A stretch of DNA of 64,000 bases, taken from Nitrospirota bacterium. GTDB taxonomy: Bacteria > Nitrospirota > Nitrospiria > 2-01-FULL-66-17. Shown in pieces: positions 57,973 through 64,000 of the stretch (positions are counted from its first letter, which is position 1; the number at the start of each line of letters is the position of its first letter). The notes under the pieces were generated by a model. The model ran no database searches. It had not been told where the DNA came from and worked only from the letters and a program-made list of their open reading frames with translations. Where the stretch lies: positions 32,001 through 96,000 of the forward strand of contig JBMOMC010000007.1 in NCBI GenBank assembly GCA_049325335.1, given 5' to 3'. Position numbers and translations under genes: made by a program.

Positions 57973-60131
57973 GACGCGTCGCGTCCTCCGCCCCCCGCCC
58001 CGGATCTCCGGCGACCTTCCAGTCGATTGATCGCGGCTCGCGCAGCGTCCCGCAACGTCGGGCCCGCCGCGTCGGACACCGGCGCTCGGAGCACGATCCG
58101 ATAGTGGGCCAACGCGGACTCGGTTTGCCCAAGACGTTCGCCGGCGCCGGCCGCGACAAAGTGCGCGACCGCGTGAGCGGGGGCAAGCGCGAGCACGCCG
58201 TTGGACCACTCGGCGGCCTCCGCCCACCGCCCCAGACGCGCGGCGAGCAACGCCAGTTCGAGCCGCGCGTCGACGTCCGCCGGATCGGCCAGCGCCGCCT
58301 CCCGGAAGAACGGCTCCGCTAAATCATCCCGTCCCTCGCGCGCGTGCGTCACCCCGATGTAGTATCGTGCCGCAGCCGAATCAGGGTGTCGGGCCAACAC
58401 CGCGGTGAATAATGCGCGGGCGTCACCCCATTGCGCCGTGTCCAACAACGCCGCGCCCAGGGCAACCCGCGCTTCATCGTCATTGGGGTCGATGTGCAAG
58501 GCTCGGCGATACCGTGCCATGGCGTCGTCCCGCCGCCCCTGACGATCCAACAGCGCGCCGGAGCGAACCCACGCGGTGCTCCACTCCGGATCGGACCGCA
58601 ACACGCGCTCATACAACGCCAGCGCAGCGTCAGCGCGCCCGAGATGCGTGTATGACTCGGCAAGGTGGAGTTGGACGAACGACGAGGAGGGGTGAAGCCT
58701 CAACGCGAGTTCAAACGACGCGACGGCTCGCTCCCAGTCGCCCAGGCGGGTGAACAACACCCCCAAGTTGCTGTGCGCCGTGGAAAGGCCCGGCGCCAGA
58801 CGCACAGCCGATTCCAACGCCCGCTGCGCCTCGTCCAATCGTCCCGCATCCATGAGCAACATGCCTTTGGCGTTGTAGGCCATCGCGCTGTCGGGATATT
58901 TGGTCAGCACGTCGTCCCATAACCTGGAGGCGTCGCCCCACACCGCGGTTCGGCCGACGGTCGCCCAGACTGCGCTCGCAACCAGGACCCCCATCGCGCC
59001 ATACCGCACAACGCGCCAGCCCATCGCCACCCCCGGTCCGCGCATCACCCGCGCCAGCCCCCACCCCGCGCACCAGGCCAATCCAATACCCGCCAAATAG
59101 ACGCGATGGTCCTGATACAGCATCAGCCGGGTCACGAACGGAAGCGCCCACATCGGCAGCAACGCGATCCAGCACCACGCCGCGCACCACCCCAATCGTC
59201 GGTCACGCCGCGCGACGGCGAACGTGACGAGTCCCGCCGCCGCCGCGCCCGCGATCAGCAGCCCCGCTTCCCATCCGCGAACCGTGACGGGCCACGCGTG
59301 ATCCACCGCGAGCCCCGCCGGCCACACCCAGTGCCCCACCGACGCCAAGGAGATCTTGAGCGCCAGCACCGCCCCCTGCCACCCTGCCGCACCGGCGCCC
59401 GCCGTGCTCATCGCATGGCCGCCGTCCAACACCCAGCTTCGCAGCGCGAGAAACGCGCCCCCCAGCGCCCACCACGCCCATGATCGCCGCATTGTCGTCG
59501 CCAAGGGCGCGGTTCCGTCGGTCCGCGCGCGGTCCCAGGCGATGATCAGCGCGGGCAACACGATCGCCGCCTCTTTGGCTCCCAACGCCGACAGCCCGAA
59601 CGTCATGGCGACCGCCGTCCATCCCCAGTGGCGACTCGCCGACGCACGGTCCCACGCCCACACCGCGGCAAGGATGGCGAGCGTCATCAGCGACGAGGAC
59701 CGCGCCGAAATATAGTTGACGGCCTCCGCGTTCAGCGGGTGGAGGGCCAGCACGGCTGCGGCGCCCACCGCCGCCCAATCGTCGTTCCACAGTCTGCGCG
59801 CCAGCACGAACGTGAGCGCCACCACGCCGAGATGGATGAGCAGGTTGGTCGCGTGGAAACCCGCCGGCCCCTCGCCCCAGACCGCGTGGTCCAGCGCGTA
59901 ACTGGCGACCGTGACCGGACGATAATTCTGGATGCCCCGCTGACCGCTGACCGCATACGGCGAGGTGAACCACGTCCCGATATGACGCAGCGAGGACACG
60001 GCCGGGTTATCGCGCACGGCGTGTATGTCGTCGACCACGAACCCGTTGGCCACCACACCGCGGTAGGCGAAGATCGTGACCGCCATGACCAAACCCAGCG
60101 CGAACCACGCGGCGCGTGGTCGTGTCGTCAC
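57969..60131 (-). CDS. TMTC-like membrane glycosyltransferase + TPR
   Basis: FVVDD, YRP, HPLNAEAVNYISARSS, AKE, QDHRVYL, TPRs. GTG 60131. Confidence 0.87.
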   Translation of the reverse strand: MTTRPRAAWFALGLVMAVTIFAYRGVVANGFVVDDIHAVRDNPAVSSLRHIGTWFTSPYAVSGQRGIQNYRPVTVASYALDHAVWGEGPAGFHATNLLIHLGVVALTFVLARRLWNDDWAAVGAAAVLALHPLNAEAVNYISARSSSLMTLAILAAVWAWDRASASRHWGWTAVAMTFGLSALGAKEAAIVLPALIIAWDRARTDGTAPLATTMRRSWAWWALGGAFLALRSWVLDGGHAMSTAGAGAAGWQGAVLALKISLASVGHWVWPAGLAVDHAWPVTVRGWEAGLLIAGAAAAGLVTFAVARRDRRLGWCAAWCWIALLPMWALPFVTRLMLYQDHRVYLAGIGLAWCAGWGLARVMRGPGVAMGWRVVRYGAMGVLVASAVWATVGRTAVWGDASRLWDDVLTKYPDSAMAYNAKGMLLMDAGRLDEAQRALESAVRLAPGLSTAHSNLGVLFTRLGDWERAVASFELALRLHPSSSFVQLHLAESYTHLGRADAALALYERVLRSDPEWSTAWVRSGALLDRQGRRDDAMARYRRALHIDPNDDEARVALGAALLDTAQWGDARALFTAVLARHPDSAAARYYIGVTHAREGRDDLAEPFFREAALADPADVDARLELALLAARLGRWAEAAEWSNGVLALAPAHAVAHFVAAGAGERLGQTESALAHYRIVLRAPVSDAAGPTLRDAARAAINRLEGRRRSGAGGGGRDAS

Positions 60132-62503
60132 CGCCCCTCTCCCCGTAACCACGCGATCCCGTCGCTGCGGCCGCGGTACAGAATCCGGGCGAACGCCCTG
60201 GGACCGGAGAATTCCACCGTGGCGTTGTCATCGCGATTGGGTGCGGCGCCCGTGAGCAGGCCGGTGATGGTGCCGGTGTGGCCGACCAGCATCGCGTAGG
60301 CGTCGGCGGGTGCGCGCACCTCTACCCGGGACAAATCCGCCGCGATCCCCGCGTCCAGAAACGCCGCGCGGACGCGGGCCTCATCCAACGCCAACCGCGA
60401 GGCCGACCCGATCACGAATAAATCGCCCGGCGTCGGCTCCACCGCCACGAACGACGGAAACGCGCGCGCAAACGCGGCCAGCACCGATCGGAGCTCTTCT
60501 TGGCCCACCGCATCCGCCGCGATCCACTGGCCGAACACCCCGCCCGGCGTGAGCCGGGTCGCGGCGATCGCAAAAAATTCTTCGGTGAACAGCGTGGCGG
60601 CGCCCGCCACCCACGGAAGGGACGGCTGGGAGATGATCACGTCGTACCGATCCGGGGAGAGCAACAGGAAATTGCGGCCGTCTTCCGGCCACACGCGCAC
60701 GCGGGGATCCGCCAGGGGCCGGCCGTTCTCGGGTTCGAATCGCCGTGACGCCTCGATCACCGCGCGTTCCAGTTCCACCACGTCCACCCGCTCCACGGGA
60801 TAGTGAAGCACGGACCCCGCGGTCGCACCGCTGCCCAGGCCGATCACCAACACCCGGGCCGACGACGGCGCGAACCAAAACGGCCAGTGGCCGATCGAGA
60901 CCTGGGTCCGCATAAACGGGTCGCCGGACTCGGTGCGGCCGTTGATCGTGAGCAACCGCCCATCCGCCTCGGTTCGGGTCACCACCACCGTGGCGGTTAA
61001 TCCCTCGCGTTCAAACACGGTTTCGCCCTGCCGCAGTCGGGCCTTGACCCCCTCCACCCCCTCGCGCTCCGCCGCCGCGAGATATCGTGGAAGGTTCCAG
61101 TACACCCCGGAAGACATCAAGGTCGTACTCCACGGAGGAATTGTCGCGGCCACCAGCACGGCGGCCACGGCGGCCGCGACCAGCCCGCGCCACGCCGTCC
61201 CCCGCGCGAGTGACCCGTCGCCTAACACCAGCCACGCGCCCACCACGGCGCATGCGGACGCCGCGACTAGGAGGCCGCCCGGCACGCCCACCAGCGGCAC
61301 CAGGACAAACCCGGCCGCTACCGCCCCGCTGATGGCCCCCGCGGTGTTGACCGCGTACAACCGTCCGACCTCCGCGCCCACGGCACGCGGATCCCGAGCG
61401 GCCAACGCGACGGCCACCGGGAACACCACGCCGAACCCGAACGCCGGGGCGAACATCACCACGAACGCCAACGCAAATTGCACCACCGGAATGACCGCGG
61501 TGCCCAATCCGCGCAAAGACCCCACGGCCGCGATCAACGCCATCGGGAGCCTGCCGATCAACGCCAGGGTCGCCAACGACGCCACGGCCACGGCCAGTTC
61601 AACCGCGCCCAATGTCGCGAGGCGCGGCACGCTCCGACGCACCAGCCACGCCCCGTACGCCGCGCCAGCCGCCAATCCGGAGAGAAACGTGGTCAACATG
61701 GCGGAGAACGCGTACACAGAGGACCCGAGCACCAGACTCAAGGCCCGTGACCACACCACCTCATTAATCAGCGCCGCGGCCCCCGATACCCCGAGCGTCA
61801 CCAGCACGCGACGGCGAACACCGAGCTCAACCGCCCATGATTCCGCGTCATCGACCACCGCGGCCGCCGCGATCGGTTCCCCTCTCGCCTCGCCTCGCGC
61901 CAACACCCACGCTGTCAGCGCCGCGACCAGATTCCCAGCGGCCGCAATCCAAATGGTTCTGGTCACTCCGATCGCGGGCAACAACACGAACCCGGTGCCC
62001 ACCGCGCCCGCAATGGCCCCGGCGGTATTCACCGCGTACAACACGGACACGCGCCGCGCGATCGTCCCCGTCCCGCTCGCCACCGCGCGGCTGACCACCG
62101 GCAGCGTCGCGCCCATCAACACGGTCGGCACCGCAAGGATCGCCGCCACCAGCGCGACCCGAGCCCCCATGACCACCAGCGACGAGTTCGCCGCATGGCG
62201 CCACACGGCCTGATACACGGGGACCACCGCATCCAAGAGGCTCGGGATCGCAAGCGCGTACGCGGCCACCGCGACTTCGATCATGGCATAGACCAGGAGC
62301 GGCCGGCGGGCACGATCCACCAACCGCCCTCCCAGCGCGCTACCAACCGCCAGCCCCCCCATGAACACGGCCAACACCGTGGTGACGGCCAACGTGGTGG
62401 ACCCGAACACCAACACCAGGAGCCGACCCCACACGACCTGATAAATCAGTCCCGACGCGCCCGAGAGCACGAACACCAGGCTCAGCCACGCAAAACGCGT
62501 CAT
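60128..62503 (-). CDS. Fused multi-TM / spermidine-synthase-like protein
   Basis: SGASGLIYQVVW repeated as SGAAALINEVVW, LYAVNTAG twice, and C-terminal VLVIGLGSGAT, VELE, EDGRNFL, YDVIISQPS. Confidence 0.88.
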   Translation of the reverse strand: MTRFAWLSLVFVLSGASGLIYQVVWGRLLVLVFGSTTLAVTTVLAVFMGGLAVGSALGGRLVDRARRPLLVYAMIEVAVAAYALAIPSLLDAVVPVYQAVWRHAANSSLVVMGARVALVAAILAVPTVLMGATLPVVSRAVASGTGTIARRVSVLYAVNTAGAIAGAVGTGFVLLPAIGVTRTIWIAAAGNLVAALTAWVLARGEARGEPIAAAAVVDDAESWAVELGVRRRVLVTLGVSGAAALINEVVWSRALSLVLGSSVYAFSAMLTTFLSGLAAGAAYGAWLVRRSVPRLATLGAVELAVAVASLATLALIGRLPMALIAAVGSLRGLGTAVIPVVQFALAFVVMFAPAFGFGVVFPVAVALAARDPRAVGAEVGRLYAVNTAGAISGAVAAGFVLVPLVGVPGGLLVAASACAVVGAWLVLGDGSLARGTAWRGLVAAAVAAVLVAATIPPWSTTLMSSGVYWNLPRYLAAAEREGVEGVKARLRQGETVFEREGLTATVVVTRTEADGRLLTINGRTESGDPFMRTQVSIGHWPFWFAPSSARVLVIGLGSGATAGSVLHYPVERVDVVELERAVIEASRRFEPENGRPLADPRVRVWPEDGRNFLLLSPDRYDVIISQPSLPWVAGAATLFTEEFFAIAATRLTPGGVFGQWIAADAVGQEELRSVLAAFARAFPSFVAVEPTPGDLFVIGSASRLALDEARVRAAFLDAGIAADLSRVEVRAPADAYAMLVGHTGTITGLLTGAAPNRDDNATVEFSGPRAFARILYRGRSDGIAWLRGEGR

Positions 62504-64000
62504 GGCCGCGTCCGATTCAAGATCACGGCCGCGATCCGCCGGTGATCATCAAAACCCGGATCGGGTGGCAGGCGACGCAACAAGTCCTCCAATTCGCCGC
62601 GCGCGTGCTCCCGCCGTCCGAGCGCGTTCAGCGCCACCGCGCGGTTGAGCGCCGCGTCGTAATCGTACGGCGACACAGTCAACACCGCCGAGAACTGTTC
62701 CAACGCCTCGTTCCACTGCCGACGGTGCAAGTACAAGGCGCCGAGGTTGTTCCGCGCCAACACCTGAGCCGGGTCCAGCGCGATCGCCTCGCGGTACCAC
62801 CGTTCCGCGGCCGCCTCATCCCCGGCGCGCTGGGCCAACAGCCCGAGGTTGGCGCGCGCGACCACGTTGCGCGGATCCAGTTCGATCGTGCGCCGAAACA
62901 ACGCGGCGGCATCCTGATCGCGCCCTTGGCGCAACGCGATCGTGCCCAGCAGCCGATACGAGGCCGCGTATTCCGGCGCAAGTTCGACGGTTTTTCGCAA
63001 CAAGGCCCACGCCTCCTCATCGCGTCCGCGGCGAAACGCCACGACTCCGAGGGCATAATACGGGGTGGCTTCGTTGGGGGTCACAGCCAGCGCCCGACGG
63101 TTCGCGGCCTCCGCCCGGTCAAAATCGTTCCGGTCCAAATAGGCGGAGCCCAGATTGATATACGCGCTGCGACTCTCCGGGGCCAACCGGACCGCTTCCT
63201 CCCAGAGCCTGACGTCGTCGTTCCATACGAACGCGCGCGCGCGATCGGTTGAGATCGCCCACCCCAACCAGGCCGAGGCGGCGATCACCGCCGCCAGTCG
63301 GGCCAGCCGAGGCGCCGCACGGCCGACCGCGCCGAACAATCCACGCGCGGCCAGCGCAGTGAGCCACGCCAGCGCGAGCGCGGAAAACGCCATCCGGTTC
63401 TCCTGCAGCAGCCCCTTGACCGTGGACCACGGCAGCGGCGCCAACGGCAGCAGCCCGCTCACCGCCCACAACACGCACCACGCCGCGATCGGTTGTCGTC
63501 GCCGCGCCCAGACCATGAACCCCAGGCCGGCGATCACAACGGCCACGAGGACGACCGCCAGCGTCCCGTCGAAACTAGAGACAAACGTCAGCGGGTGTTC
63601 GATGCCGAGCGGCCACGGCGCAACCCACCACCCCAGCGAACGAACCACCATTTCGAGAAACGTCCATAGGGGATACGCGGGGACGGCCCCGCGCTGTTCG
63701 CCCCCGGCCCCGATCTTCAGCCACCACGCAACCAGAAACACGCCCAGCGTCGCCGCGTACGGAACAACCGGACGCCACGCCTCCATCAAGCGAGCGGACC
63801 GCCCGCTCGCGTCCCGGTCCACCCGAATCGAGGAGTCCGTCATCGCGAGCGCGGCCAACGGAACAATCGCCGCGGCCCCTGATTCCTTGCTCAACAACCC
63901 CACGGCAAACGCACTCACCCCCAGCGCGGTCCACCCCGCGCCGCCCGCCCGGCGACGCAGCATCGCCCACACCGCGACCACTCCGCCGAGCGCGGCCAAC
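62500..64000 (-). CDS. TMTC-like membrane glycosyltransferase + TPR (5' end outside the window)
   Basis: LLSKE, PWPLGIEH, QENRM, WNDDVRLWEE, then TPRs. Confidence 0.83.
   Translation of the reverse strand, partial: LAALGGVVAVWAMLRRRAGGAGWTALGVSAFAVGLLSKESGAAAIVPLAALAMTDSSIRVDRDASGRSARLMEAWRPVVPYAATLGVFLVAWWLKIGAGGEQRGAVPAYPLWTFLEMVVRSLGWWVAPWPLGIEHPLTFVSSFDGTLAVVLVAVVIAGLGFMVWARRRQPIAAWCVLWAVSGLLPLAPLPWSTVKGLLQENRMAFSALALAWLTALAARGLFGAVGRAAPRLARLAAVIAASAWLGWAISTDRARAFVWNDDVRLWEEAVRLAPESRSAYINLGSAYLDRNDFDRAEAANRRALAVTPNEATPYYALGVVAFRRGRDEEAWALLRKTVELAPEYAASYRLLGTIALRQGRDQDAAALFRRTIELDPRNVVARANLGLLAQRAGDEAAAERWYREAIALDPAQVLARNNLGALYLHRRQWNEALEQFSAVLTVSPYDYDAALNRAVALNALGRREHARGELEDLLRRLPPDPGFDDHRRIAAVILNRTRP

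Overview
GC-rich bacterial DNA. The gene content suggests Nitrospirota or a similar lineage, but this is inference only. There are four blocks. (1) 1-14.6 kb is a copper-redox locus. It has two paralogous giant MnxG-like multicopper oxidases (one truncated at the left edge and missing from the ORF track), a sigma54 activator with a matching -24/-12 promoter and phased enhancer-like repeats, two exported proteins with an amicyanin-type C-x2-H-x2-M loop, a TPR protein, an LRR protein, and two paralogous unknown exported proteins that bracket the second MCO operon. (2) 14.6-22.7 kb is a translationally coupled six-gene operon in which every product is an exported or lipoprotein beta-propeller. 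Four are fused to a shared mono-heme c domain and one also carries an FGE-fold domain. This is the best candidate for an undescribed system. (3) 22.7-45.2 kb holds sugar-nucleotide and glycan genes: rmlABD, gmd/fcl/perosamine synthase, a hybrid Leg/Pse-like nonulosonic acid pathway with radical SAM, WbqC, PIG-L and Maf-like genes, a flippase and methyltransferases. (4) 45.3-64 kb holds GT2/DPM-like, DUF2304 and GT-C genes followed by five TMTC-like (membrane glycosyltransferase + TPR) paralogues with an embedded membrane/spermidine-synthase-like fusion. All genes from 14636 to 64000 are on the minus strand. No rRNA, tRNA, CRISPR or transposase was seen. All calls come from motif reading by eye; no searches were run.
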